A stretch of DNA of 64,000 nucleotides from contig JAYWIR010000008.1 in the NCBI GenBank assembly GCA_036172245.1, positions 2,294,001 through 2,358,000 on the forward strand, written 5' to 3'. Under the pieces are notes generated by a model, which had not been told where the DNA came from, ran no database searches, and was given only the letters and a program-made list of their open reading frames with translations. The DNA comes from Raillietiella orientalis. Lineage: Eukaryota. Positions 37,801 to 50,666 of this stretch are shown here, piece after piece. The translations under genes were made by a program, and so were the position numbers. The first letter of the stretch is position 1. Every line of letters starts with the position of its first letter.

Positions 37801-40800
37801 ATCAAATTGCCTCTCCAAAGCATCAACCGCGCTTTGGGTTGTCGAAGTTGAAACAAAAAAAATTTCGAATCGGTCCAGCACCTAAAGACCAACTAAGAAC
37901 AAGATCTTCGCATCTTTCAGGCGAAAAGGACACGAATCCTGAACTATCCTTCATAATCTCTGAAGCAGCTCTCGCGGTTTCCACGAACAAGAAGGAAAGG
38001 GGATTGTAATAAAATATCCTTTGCAGGCGTACCAAACTTCTTTATCACATCCATAAATGTCGCCACACTTTCTGTGCTCACACATTTCGTTTGCCTATGG
38101 TGGTAATCACCAACATGGATCACGGTCGAATCCTTTTTCTTTTTTTTTCCATTTTTAAAGGCTGACTACCTACCGAATTCCGTCCTTGCTGAAATGGCAT
38201 ATCTATTCTACACCCTGTGTCACTGATCGAAGCAACTTCGCGGATTCCTTCTGGTGATACGGGAACATTCATACCGTTAAGGAGAAGCCGCTGCGATCCA
38301 GTGAAAGGTGAACTTCAAAGAGTCTCGAGGGGTAACAGCGTAGACGGCAAGCGCAGCTGCAGAGTCCTTAGGCTGCCATCGGCCCTCGAGCGCTACAGCC
38401 CGTTCCGTGAACCTTGCTTGGGCGAACGGCTCCCAGGGCATGGAAGCATACCCTTGTCTCTACCGGCATCCCCATGCGGATAGATAGGGGAAACCTGGGA
38501 TCGCTTACAGGGCCTCCCTCTGTCCAGATTTGTTGGCGTTTGGTCGCCGTCGACACGCCTCAGCAGACTGGATGTCAGACTGAGCGCAGTCGGCGCACCC
38601 ACCACTCTGGTGACCCCAGGATTCTGGACGCCGGTTTGCCGTTCTCATTTTCTGAGGGAGAGAGCCGAGAACACAGAGAGGCAGCTGTTCTGTTCATCTC
38701 CTTGGCAAGGGAGCATTTCCTCTCCAGCAGCAAACACTTCCGCGTCTTCACGTCGCGCTGTGGTCCGGGCCAATCGAGATGCGTTCGAGACTGCACCTTA
38801 GATGCTTGGAGCTTCTTGGGGGATTGGGAATCCCAGCAGACCGTTTTTCCTTGCTCTTCCTTCTTCCGTGCCGCGCTCTGCCGTTCGGATGTCCCTACGC
38901 CGGAGACTGCGAAGCAAAAATCAATAGTGAAGACGGAAGGAACTCGAGCGTCCTGAATCCCGGCATTGAAAGTCGCGGAGAAGTTCCAGGGCATCGTCTG
39001 CTCACTAGCATCCGTCCAAGAAGTCGTTCGCGTCCTCGAACGGTTGCTGGAGGGATTCTTGTCGGAACAGCTTCCTCCTGAGGATTGCGACGAGCATCTT
39101 CTCGAGGTGGCCGCTCTAGTCGGAAGAGCTTGCTTTGGCGATCAGCACCACAGCCTTCCTTCTGGCACTGTGGATTTCCACCGCTTTGCCACGCCCGGCT
39201 CTCAGTGTTGCGTGGACACGAAGGTTGTTGCTGGTCTTCTGTCCTCCGACAGGACAGGACAGGTCGGAAGGTGCCAGCAGGTGCAGTCCGGTAGTTGTCC
39301 CGTCCATGCTGCACATCAGAAGACGCCGCCGTCCTACTGAACCAACGAACGCGCGCGTTCTTGGAGTTTCCAACTCTTGGAGAACATCGCCGCTCTTGGG
39401 ATCCCAAGGTTACAGTGACTCCGGAGGCGATCGCCTGGACTGATACCTGGGTTCCTCTTGGGAGGGAAAGAAAAAGCGAACATCTCCAAGCGGCGATGCC
39501 CAGCGTGCCTTGCGGTTCCTCTTTCTCCGGACGAGGTCAGGCCGCAGCGGAAGTGTCCTTGAATTCTGTTCAGAGTCTTCCAGGGTCCGTGAGATTCCCT
39601 TGATGGCAACGGACAAAGGTGGGACGAAATGACCCCTTTGCCATCCCTTCAAGGGTCCCACAAAGAATCCCAACCTCTGATTGTCCCACAAGTCTCCGCG
39701 CTTTTCCAAGTTCCCTTCTCAGAAAACTCGGGAGCACGGCGTGTCACCGGCGCGTTCAGGAAGAGCTTACAGCTTCTGCCTCCTCCAAGTCTCTTGCTGC
39801 CATCTCCTCTTCTCTCGTCGCTTGACTCCTTGAAGAGAGAGATGCCTGGAAGACGCAAGGAAGGCTGGCACCTAGTCTGTACCCTCGTTCCAGGAGGGGC
39901 TGGGTCTTGCTTTCTGTTTCCAGGGTCCACCGAACAGGATTCGAACACGATTCCAAATCCCGTGCGGCCGTTGCCCACGACGCAAGAGATTGCAAAAAAA
40001 AAAAAAAAAAGCTCTGCGTTGGCCCCGATGCTGCGTGTCCCTGGCGCCCGATGCCTTCTCGGTTTCCTCGGCGCGACGGCCTTGCAGCTTCCCAACCGCT
40101 CTCCTTCCTCGAAAATCGGGAAATGAAAGACCACCACGCCGCCGCCTTTTTATGCTTTTATCGCTTTATGGATCTTTGCACAATCAGGAAGCAAAAACGG
40201 CGCTCTTGGAAAGTGCAGCGCTTTATCTCCTCCTGCCTTTTCCGAGACAGTCTGGACGAATCGTTAAACACCTCGGGGGCTTTCTGAGGCCGGTATGGCT
40301 ATCAGCGTGCCTCCGAGCCTCGGGGAAACTCGACGGCTGGATGCGCAACGGGCGGCTCTGAGGGTAGGGCGCCACCCTTTGGCGGATTCGTGTGCGGTAG
40401 ACCCCTTGCCGAGAGACCGCACGTTCACGTGATCCCCGGAGCAAGGGTCAGGTGCTCGCGGAAGTGGAATCAGACTGGTGCCCGCCCCGAGGCGGAGGAC
40501 GACGTTCGTTCGCTTCTTCCGCTCCGTCCTCGCTCTCGTGTCCCGGCCGAACGGAGAAAATCTCTCCCCATCCGCCGCGCCTCGGCTGCATCTTGGTCTC
40601 GGAGAGACCGGGATGCGGGCGGATGGCGGCGGCCCGCGCGCGGACGTGGGCGCGCAGGACGAAGGGGGAGGGGGGAAGGGAGATCATCGAACATGGAGAC
40701 CCTCCTTCCAAGAGCGCGCTCACCTCGGCAGTCCGCGCGCGGGCCTTCCGGATCGAGAATTGGCTTGGGTTGTTGCCGCAAGGCGCTGCTTCCGGGAAGA

Positions 40801-43800
40801 GCAGCCATCCTGAGAGACTCTTCTCTGGAGAGAATCCGCGCCCTCTCGGCTTTTGCCCATCGCGGCGGGAGCTACATCCACGGCTGGCGACCTAGAGAGC
40901 GTTCTCCGCCGGACCGCTCTCCCAGTGCGCGAAACCACTTGGTTCAGGGAACAGTCAAAGACGAACGTGTGCATCGAGATGGAGGAGGACACCGAGGAAG
41001 GACTGTGTCTGGTGCTGTGTGGCGTTTCTGTGCCAAGACGCAGCCTGCCGGATGCGATGCCCGGTTTCGAGGTAGCGTCGTGGACCCCTTCAAAGGTCCA
41101 CGACGCTGCCTGGAAGAGCGGATGACGGAAGCGCAGAGGTCCTCGCATCAAGCCTCTTCCCGTCCCGAGCGATGTCCAATATATATATTTTTTTCTCGGC
41201 CTTCATCCTTGCATGACCAGTGTGCAAAAATGGCTTTCCTCCTTTCCGCCTTCCCTTCCTTTGACGTCGGTTCGGCCCGCGCTTCCGTTTCCAAGGATGC
41301 GCGCAGGGCGGCGGCGAAGATTCCAAATTCTGGAGCACGGGGACGATTCTTGCAACGGAGCGGGCACAAGAAATAAAAAAAGATACTCACGGTAGCGTTG
41401 GAACCTGCCTTGAAAAATGGCGACCTCGGACTTGGAGTGAAAGGAAGACACACCTCGGAGGGTGGCCTCAAAGTCGCGCATTTTGCTGAGTTCTGTTCGC
41501 TCTGCGTTCGCAACCTCCCTCAGCTTGCAGCCTGGTCTCGCTGCTTCCCCTGGCCATGCCACATGACGATTTCCAGAGACGGGCAGAACTTCCCTTGGCC
41601 GACCGCGACCCGCGACCTCTAGCTCTGGACGAGCGTTCGCCTCAGCATACGGATCCTGGCTGCCGACATCCGGATCTCCCTTTGTCCTCCCTTCCCTCCT
41701 CTGTGAAAACTTGCGCTGTCCGGCACCGCGTGACAGCAAGATCCCAACTTCCTGAGGGATACGAAATCACAGGCAGGATGCTCAGCCTGTGCCGAAAACC
41801 AACCCACCCAGCTGACAGCATCCTTCAGTACCCTTTTAACCACCTTGGGTTTCCTCCTGGAATCCAGTTCCTCCCTTCCCCTCCATGAGCCCCAAGTGGG
41901 ACGGGATTTCCATCTTGACCTCGCCAAACAGGCGCGCCCTCGGCCAACTTGTCCTGATTGTCTTCCTTGAGCGGAGGGACGCGTTCGTCGCCGTCAGCCA
42001 CCGTTCCAGGACGCTAAGACTCTTGTTCGTGGGGGCCGAGGGCGTGGCGGGGAAGGGGACTCTGGGTAGGAGGCGCTCGCTGCAGCTCCCTTCTGCGGGA
42101 ACGCCTGGGAGGTCAAGCGGGAGCGGATCTTGACTTCGGGAGAGGGGTTACGGTGGACTCATCCCGGCTTCTTCCTGCACCAGGGAGGAGATAGAGTACT
42201 TCATCGACCAGAACAAAGCCCTGATGAAGAGGATGTTTGGGGAGTTCCAGGCGGACGTGAAAATCTCCTCCTCCTCAGTGTACAGGATCTCGAGGAATGC
42301 GTATGAAGATCTGTACGAGGTGTCCAACCTCACCGAGCCTCACTCGGAAGACGAGAGGCTGAGACGCTCCAAAAGAGGCAGGATGGTCTTCCAGAGACGC
42401 CTGAGCAACAGTTCCAACAAGTAAGCACGCGCGCGCTGCTCCTCCAGCCTGAGGTCCTCCCGCATTTGTTGCTTCCGATGCGCAGGGCACCACCCCCGCA
42501 CCCCGCGTTCGTCGTCACGGATCGCCGACTGTCCCTCCCCCCGGTGAGGGTGGCGCGCAGGTGGGTCGCCAGGGTGCATTCCAGGCGTCGCTCGTCCCAC
42601 CGGGCGGCTCCGGCGCGGCGAAGCGCTTTCGAACGCCTGCAGGCAGCGAGCAGCCACCGTTCGAATGGTGTGGACGGCGCACGCGCGCGCTTAGGAAAAC
42701 ACGCCTCCTTCTTCCTGGTGCTGGAGGGCAGCAGCCCTTTTCGCGCAGCCTCTGGGAGCGCCAAGCGAGTCTTGATGGCTAGGGTTCAGCGACGTCCAGA
42801 CTTTGACCCCGAGCCACGAGCGAGACGCCCTCAAGTAGCCATGCGCTCGGACACTTTGACTCTGCCGGAATGACCACCATTATCCGAGTATCGTTCAGAT
42901 CCAGCCCTCAGGAACAGCAAGGAAAAGAGAGCGTCATCCAGAGACGCTTCCTTTGACTCGCGCATCTTTTTTTTTTGTTCGCCAAACACTCGAGGACCAT
43001 TGCTTCACCTCATGAGGTCATCGGAGAAGCTCAGCAGCGCCTCCACGTGGAGGCGGAACCCACCTGTGCTGCCGCGCACTCAAATTGCACGTGAGGTGGG
43101 CAGAAGGGACGCCGAAAAGCTCGACTCCCGGTTCCCGGCTGGTCCACGGGACACTCGGACGCGGGCACGTCCCACCGACGCACACACGAAGTCCCGTCCA
43201 TCCCAGAGATGTTCTTGATTCTTTCCGTCATGCCCTTCTCGCTCTCAGGAGTGATCCTCGAAGATCTCGAGGAGGTGGAAGAAGCACTGAAGAGAAGCGT
43301 CGCACGTTCTTGCGGCGCCTCGCCCGTCCCTCTCTTCGAGACCCGTGATGCCATCTCGCAAGAGGACGCGAAACTCGAGACGTGTACTGCCGGCGTGGAT
43401 CTGGAAGTGCGGGATTATTCGAGTCAGCGACTCCCGGGCCTCCGGCTCGGTGGCTCTTCGGGCACGTTCTTTCTGAGGACCGTCGGTCGGAGGTTTCGGT
43501 ACTCGTCCCTGGGAGACGCGCCTGCCGCTGCCGGAGTGGCTGAGCTCCGTGGTTCTCCGAATCGACGGGCTTCTCCGAACGGACTTCAGTGCTAAAGTCC
43601 GTTCCCCCCCCTCCCCTCCCCGAACGCTTCTGAGAGATCGAGCCCTACCATCCCGCTTTCCGGAGCCGGGTTTCCCCCACATGGGAGGCGAGGAGGTAGG
43701 GACGACGCTTGCCCACATCGAAAGCTTCCTGGGAGGGAGCCAGCACGCGTCACTGCATCGAGAGAAATCTGGAAAGGCACCATTCTACGAGAGAGATCCT

Positions 43801-46800
43801 CCCGTGGTTCTCTGCGCACCTCTGGCACATCATCTCCATCGTGTCGGGCCGAAAACCGCATGCTTGGAGGAAGCTTTTGCTCACCTCAGGGTAGGTTTCG
43901 GTCCAGATCAAGAAGAGACCCAGGAGCACTTCCGTCCTGCGGTCCTTGAGGCCCACGCTGGCGGACGCTTCCGCGCGCGGCACCTGGCGTCGCGGGTTCG
44001 AATCTCTCCCACAAGGGATGGACTCCGAGGATGGGGAGTTGCGTCGTGGGTTTCGAGTTTCCCTCCCCGGTTTCGAACTCACACAGGGGCTTGGACCAAG
44101 AGCTTCGAATACGAACTGGAATGACGCGTGGAGACCCCGCTGACTAGCCGGAGTCCCTCCAGGAGCCCCTGGGCTTTGGGATTCCCCTCCAGTTTTGCGT
44201 CATGTAGTCGACCCCTCGACCCCCCTCCCCATGCCCCACTTGGGAAGTTCCTCCTCCGTCGGATGCCGACCGCTCCGCGGTCCCCCCTCCTCGTCCTTCT
44301 CGCGAGGCAAGTGTGAGGTGTCCCCTTGCCCTTTTGGAAGGCGCGCGTGCGTTCCGGTCACGTCGACCGAAGACTGGTCCCGCCTTTCTTCTCACGTCCC
44401 GTAGTGCGCTTCCCTCCGTCTGCAACCTCGGCACTGACGCTTCGAGCAGGAAGCGAGGAAGAGGGCTAGCCTGCAGGGGCCTCCCCTCCCCCCATCAGCA
44501 ATTGGACCCGCGAAGTCCGAGCTCTCGCGGCGTCATCTCTCGCGGTGAGGTCGGAGACGTGGAGGGGTCTCCCGCGCCGATTCCTTCCCCGATCGAGGGG
44601 GATCGGCGCACGGGAGATCACTGGACATTCCCGCGCGGCCTCCATCCGGGACTCGTTGACATCGAGTTGCCATGGAAACTCCCCGGTGGCCCTCCGTCGA
44701 TTGGGGGCTCACGAGATTCAGTCTGTCCGAGTACGCACGAGGAGAGGCCCCCCCATTCTCCCTACGGGACCTCAACGGATCCTTCCGAAAGCGACGTTCC
44801 TGGACCGAGAGACCAATCAGCAGCCTACCACTGCCTCTTCCCTGCACGGCTCACTGTTCCCTTCCTCCTCCTCTTTCCTTTTCCCGTATTCGAACCTGTT
44901 TAGGTCCCGGGAGCCTGCTGGTGGAGGCCGGCAGCAGGGAAGGGCCCTTCGGTGCCCCCTCGTGCTCCGGCAGTCCGGCGTTCTTTGTGCCCGATCTTCC
45001 CGGAGTTGCAACCATCCTTTGGAGTTCCTGCCGAACTCCTGAGGCGGACCGGCGGGCCAATACAGGAAGCTCGGGGCTCCCGCCAGCTCGAGGAAGGGGG
45101 AGCAACTTCCCTCCCACCACTCCCAGGAAGGGAATAGCTAGAGCACTGGACGTTTCGGGAGTCCCTCCTGTCGCCCTGAGCTTCCTCCAGCGGGAGGGAC
45201 GGAAAGTTCCCGCTCGCATAGTCTTCGCAAGTCCTCCTGACGAGGTCGGCGACCTCCCCCTTTGTCAGGCCCCGACGCGCCCAACGTACCGAATAGGGAT
45301 GCTGAACGCGCTAGCGTTTCCGGAAGCAATGTTGGGCATGCTAAACCCATTGGCCACACGGGGTCCAAGGGCTCCACGGAAGGCGTGGGTGCGGGTCCGC
45401 GACGGCCACGTCTTTGACGCCGTTTAGCAAAGGAGCGGACTCTGACCCTAGAAATCCCTCAAATCCGGGACATCCTGGGGCCCTGTGGTGCCTGCTCTCG
45501 TACGGAGGGAGCGCTGCACAAAGTCAGCACGAGCTTCCTCCCTGGAGGCATGACCCCTCACAAGTCCCTCCTCCTCCTCCCCTACGCTTTGCTACCTCTC
45601 TCAGCTGCCACCATAATCTTTAGGTCATTGCGGTTGGTCAGATAGCTGGGGAAGATGAGGGGGTGGTAATGGGAGCCCTCGTCACTCCATGCTGTAGCTC
45701 CTTCCTGGAGGTTGCAGGGGCTGCAGATGGACCGGGAGTCGCAGCAGAGTGGGACCACTGGCCGGACGTCTACCTTGGGAATGAGGGACAGGAACGTTCC
45801 CACGTCTCCTTCCTGAGGTTCCGAGTGAATTCGTTCTGTCCTGGAGGTGCCTCACTTCACAGCGAAGCTTCAGGTCGTACACCGGGTGCCTCCCGAAAGC
45901 TCGAAGACCTTGCTTCGGCAAAAAGGCGTCATCCCATCACGGATGCGCGCCGAGCGCTCCAGTGGCCTACCGGGGACCTCTTGTCGCGTCGACTGGGAGC
46001 GCGGAGGCTGGTCCACTGCCTCCCCTTGGATACTTGTAGGCGGTCCGGGAGTTTTCTGCAGCGCTCCGGGCGCTCCGACTCCAGACTCTGGGCGCTCCGG
46101 GGATCCAGTAGCGAAGTCCACCTAACCGCGCTCCACCGTGTCCTCGCTCCTCTTCCTTCTCTCAGGGTGGAGCCGAAGGACTCGGTGAACTCATGGCCAT
46201 CCAGACAAGGAGGAGCACCCAAGCACTCCTGAAGAGTCCCAGCACGGTCCGCATGGCATGGAAGAGGGGTGGGAGCAACGGGAGGGTCACAGCGGTGCTC
46301 GTGGGATAGTGCGCAAGCGCCAGTCCTTCCAGAGGAAGAGCCTGCGCCTTCGGACCTCTCGAGCTCCTTGGGCTTTCCCATTCGTCCCTGAGAGCTCCGC
46401 TCCGAACAACCGGTTGGAAGGTGCCCAGCGCCCACGCCTCCACATGAGCCATCCAGAACCGGGGGAGCACTTCGAGCGCGCACCCGAACCCCCCGCCATG
46501 ACTGATCTCCTGCTTTTTTCTCCCGCAGGGTGAATTCGTGCGAGTCCTCTCAAGAGATCGTCACCCCGTACTGGGCTTCCAACAGTGCCGGTGACCTTCG
46601 AGCCATCGTCAACACGGAACACTTCGAGCAGGCCATCCAGCAGGAGCTGTGCAAGTCAGTAGTCCTCTTCGCCCTTCCTCCCTCTACACCCGATCCCCTT
46701 CTGAATGCGAGTGCTCGGACTCTGCTCGTTCCTCCGCTTCTTTCTTTCTCCTCCCTCCCCTTTCCTCCTTCCTTCCTTCCTTCTCTTCTCTTTCTTCTCC

Positions 46801-47287
46801 TCTTTTCCTCCTCCCCCTTCCCCCTTCCTCCTTTCTTCTTTCTCTTCTCTTCCTCCTCTTCCCTTCTCCTTCTTGTCCCTTCTTCCTCCTCCCTTCCTCC
46901 TCTTCCCTTTCCCCTTCCTCTTCCCTTCCTCCCTGTTCTCATCCCCTCTCCTGATCACTCTGGGTTTCCGTGCCCGGCAGTGTCCCACCCGCCCAGTCGA
47001 TGGCTTTTATTGCTGCTGGCGCCGCTTTCGCCGGCCCTCGCTTCCTCATCCTCTGCCCTTCCCCCGAGCAACCAACTGACTTGACCGCTGCAACCCCTAC
47101 CCCTCCTCTCTTACCCCTTTGCAGGAAGAAGCAGTCGCTGCGTTGCCGAGGGGACTGCACGTGTGAGCAGAAGTACAAATGGCACAGGCTGTTGACCTAC
47201 AACCCGGAGGAGAGATGCAGGGGGATTTTCATGGACTGGTTCCTGTTCCCGTCGTGCTGTGTCTGCAGCTGCGAGTCAAACTTCTGA
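34883..47287 (+). CDS. spz3: Spaetzle-3-like cystine-knot Toll-ligand precursor; join(34883..35007,42184..42420,46529..46654,47125..47287) plus a 5' exon; ~226 aa with the candidate exon 1
   Basis: [38 protein letters not shown]...[35 protein letters not shown] matches the Spz3 signature. Prodomain [20 protein letters not shown] and a furin-like RRSKR. All junctions are GT-AG and phase-consistent. Confidence 0.92.
36100..39700 (-). mobile_element. Decayed near-full-length L1/Tx1-like element (ORF1-EN-RT) in a spz3 intron
   Basis: PQCQKEG knuckle (~39160), IDK (IDR-like) and [11 protein letters not shown] (WKLN.SLL-like, ~37680), then DCPLS (~36805). Confidence 0.5.
40300..41950 (-). mobile_element. 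Tx1-like ORF2 C-terminal remnant
   Basis: [11 protein letters not shown] (ET..HLF..C-like, ~40950-40985). Confidence 0.35.
42900..46450 (-). mobile_element. Decayed Tx1-like element in a spz3 intron
   Basis: ORF1-like [11 protein letters not shown] knuckle (~45700-45730) with downstream EN/RT-like remnants. Weak support. Confidence 0.35.
46735..46950 (+). repeat. Long polypyrimidine (CT-rich) low-complexity tract in the last spz3 intron
   Basis: About 200 nt almost entirely C/T. Confidence 0.9.
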
Positions 47288-47399
47288 AGGTGGTCGCCCG
47301 GGAAGGCGCTCCCCTGCGCTCCTTACCCGACTCCGTGCTCGCGGGAATGCCAAATCCCTTGAGGAGGAGGAGGAGCCAGGACTCCCTCTACATGGGATG

Positions 47400-49400
47400 C
47401 CATGACACTGTTTCCGCTGGAACGCAACACCATGGCGCCCTCTCCTCGGGGCACACTGCCGGGAGCAGTGAAGAGGAAATGCACGGCCTTTGCCAAGAAT
47501 GCTTCCGTCCCTCGTCCTTCCTCCCCCCTCAGGACGAGTCCGAACGAGGGGGGCGGCGGTGACGAAGCGCTCGGGAACTCCCAGTAGCGTCGCAGCCAAA
47601 GAAGCTGTTAGGTGTTAGGAGCGAGGCTGGGCGGCAGGAGCCAGACTGGTGCCCAAGAGAGAGGGGGGGAGAGGGTGGGGCAAGGATGAACAGCACTTCT
47701 CCACGGGTTGTCCAGGGAGCTGCTGCACGCTCTCGACCTTCCGATATTTTCCCGACGCCATCCAGAGATCTGCTTTGGGAGCAGGGGGATGAATGAGGAC
47801 ACAGCATCCTTCAGGTGCTTTGCAAAGCAGGGGGCGAAAAAGGTGAGGAGGGCAAAAAAGGAAGAGCACACGAGGACGGAAGGAGGAAAGGGAAGAGGTC
47901 GGTGCGGTGTTCTCCCCTCCACGCCCATCCCGCCGAGAAGGGGGGGAGCATCAACTCCCCGGCGCAGTCGACCTTCCCTCGACGTGAACCTGCTCCCGTG
48001 GAGGGCGGAAACGTCGTGACCTTTGCCCACCCTCCTTCAGGAGGAAGGCAAGCGGGAGACCGACTTCACGTTGTGCGCTGCTCGCCTTCCTCGCCAGAGA
48101 CTCGGTGCAGGGCGGGTTTCCCCTAGACGACGCCTCGGGGCTCTCGGCGTTGGCGGCGACGGCGCACAGGCCAGGAGCGAGCAACGATGCTTCCTCTCTT
48201 CCCTTCCCGGAATGCAGGAAAGAGAAGGGGGGTGGGAACAGGAAGTCGACCAGTAGCGTGGCGGCCTCGAGCGGAGGAATTTCCGGAGAGCCGGGGGCGG
48301 CCCTCCAGCAGCACATGAGACATAGCTTCCCCCTTCATGTTCTGCCGCCACCACCTGCTTCGATGGTCCGGAAGGAGAGTTACGGGTACTGAAAGTTTCT
48401 TCCCAGTAACTCATTCTCTCTGCGACTTCTTCTGCCCGCAGCTGCTCCTCCCGACAGGGATGTTGAAGCCATCCCCTGGTAGCAGGGCGAGACGCCCCTG
48501 TTTCCCTAGGAACCACCATTATCACCAAAAACTTATCCTCTTGCACCATCTTCCCCATCACCATCGTTTCTCCTTCCTCTCCTCCACCTTCATGTTCCTG
48601 AATCCCGACTCCTCCCCCAGGGCATATCCCTAGAGCAGCATTCCAGGTCCTCTCCAGCTGAGAGAAGGGGGAGGAGCAAGAGGATGCTTTTCGCTCCAGA
48701 CTCCTCGCGGATCTCCTTGACCTTCCGGCAAGTCATCCAGCCGTAGACTGTTCATCCTTTCCCTTTTCTCCCCTCTCTCCCTATTCCAACCCTCTTCCTC
48801 TGCCTCTCTCTCGTGCGTGCATTCTCTCAGTGCCCATGGAACAAGGAGCGGAGCTTTCTTTGTGCGCACCTCCCAAAGTTTGCAAGAAGGGAGAGAAGAG
48901 CTGCTCGGCGACGTCAGCCCCCTTGAAGATCTTGAAACGCGCTGGCCGACCTGGGTGGGACGCTGGAGGAGAGGCCCATCGACTCCTCTAATGGCTTGCT
49001 GGTTGTCACTCGAGCGGTTTCCTCCCGATCCGGGTGGAGACTGGGGAGTCATCAGGTCACCGTCTCATTGTGATTTCGAAAACCCCCGGGGAGCAAAGCA
49101 GGTCGAGGGGAATTTTTCAACTGATGGAGTTTGTAGGGAATCGGACCCACAGGAATCGAGGCCTCGAGCGGACTCGCTGGAAGACGTTGGACGTGACTTG
49201 GGATCTGATTGGAGCTACCGCAGCATCCGGAAGGCATCAGTCACTGACTGATTGCTGCAGAGTAACATCTGGGAGAGGTAGACAGGTTATGGGAAAAGTC
49301 GATAGACGGGGAAAGGCGGGTGGTGGGGAGCGAAAATCTTCCGGAATCGTCGGGATGAAAAACGATCGAGGAGACCGCATGGTGCATGTCCGCAGCAGGA
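47400..49400 (-). mobile_element. Decayed Tx1-like ORF1/EN remnant
   Basis: YWEETF (LQETH-like) and an ORF1-like segment. Weak support. Confidence 0.3.
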
Positions 49401-50359
49401 ATGGCAGATTGGCTTATTGGGTACTCGCTTCTTGGGCACTCACTTCTTGGGTATCGCTAAAAGGCGATTTTCAGCCTATTAACCTGTGAAAAGGACGTGG
49501 TGACCATTGCGGGATCTCTCAGGAAGATCAGAATAGGAGCTTCGGTTCTTGCATAGTGCCAGAGACCCATTAATGTGTGGAAAGGGCGAGTAAAAAGGAA
49601 CAGGAAAAGGTACTGCTGTCGTAGAAAATTCGATATCAGCCTGTTCACGAAGTTATCACGTGTTCTCTTCGAAGCGGTGGAAAATTGTTCCATCTGCGCA
49701 CATCTCTTCCCAAAGGTGATCTAAAGGAAGCTAGCAGCGCAAGCGAAACCCTTTTGGAAGATGCAGGCTTAGGAGCTGCAAACAAAAAGACCGAAGAGCA
49801 AATTCCTTTCCACGGGAGCTCTGCATGACTTCCTCAAGTGAAATACTTGAAATCGAATGTATTTGAATCGTGGGATGTCTTTTATTCGAGTCAGAAACTG
49901 AACATCACTATAAATGATGCATATCAGTAAGCGTTTGGAAAGGCGATGATGGTCATGAATTTGGAAGCGATTCAGCGGAAATTCCATGTTTTGTAGAATC
50001 CTAGGATTTAATTCAGATGTGATTTTCTGTTTAATGTTTTCGAAGATGAATTTGATTTCGCATTGTTTGGTAAAAGAAGCAACCATTTTCTATTAGAAGT
50101 CACCTATTTCTTATGCACAGACTACTTCATAGAAATATGTTTTAAATGCAAATAAAGTGGAAACAAAACTGCAGTCCAGAGGTTATTTCGAATTTCATTT
50201 CTAGATCTGATGCCATAATTAATGAGTTTTCATTCCATGGGAGTGTCATCTGAAATAAAATAAAATAAAAATCTTATGAACAATGCTAAAATGAATTTGA
50301 AGAATCTATGTTTCTTATTCTCTTATACAGCAATTCTTAAGAATGACTTGAAAAATTAT

Positions 50360-50666
50360 TCCGAGGTAGATTTATGTATACTTGAAAGCCTTCCTTTACA
50401 TTGTAAGCAGTCGATTCTGATCCAGAAGTTGGTTTAGAACATAATTGTCGTAGGAATTTCAGACCATTCATCACCGGATGATTTAGAAATGCCAACTCAA
50501 TCTAATGAGGAGTTCCGACAGACTGTCGGAGTGCAAATTTTGGTATTCAGTGACAAACAACCATGATTGCTTTTATTTGTACGTTTTTTGAGTTTTTGAA
50601 TTTTCCAGCCGTTTAAAACAATTCCTTTGGTATATTTACTTGTTCTGTTTTGCATCAGAATGAAAA
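50360..50666 (+). pseudogene. Decayed partial genomic duplicate of RER1 intron 3/exon 4
   Basis: 50476-50666 aligns to 54795-54997 (e.g. GCCAACTCAATCTAATGAGGA, TTTTGGTATTCAGTGACAAA, TTGCTTTTATTTGTACGTTTTTTGA) with frameshifting deletions. Confidence 0.9.
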
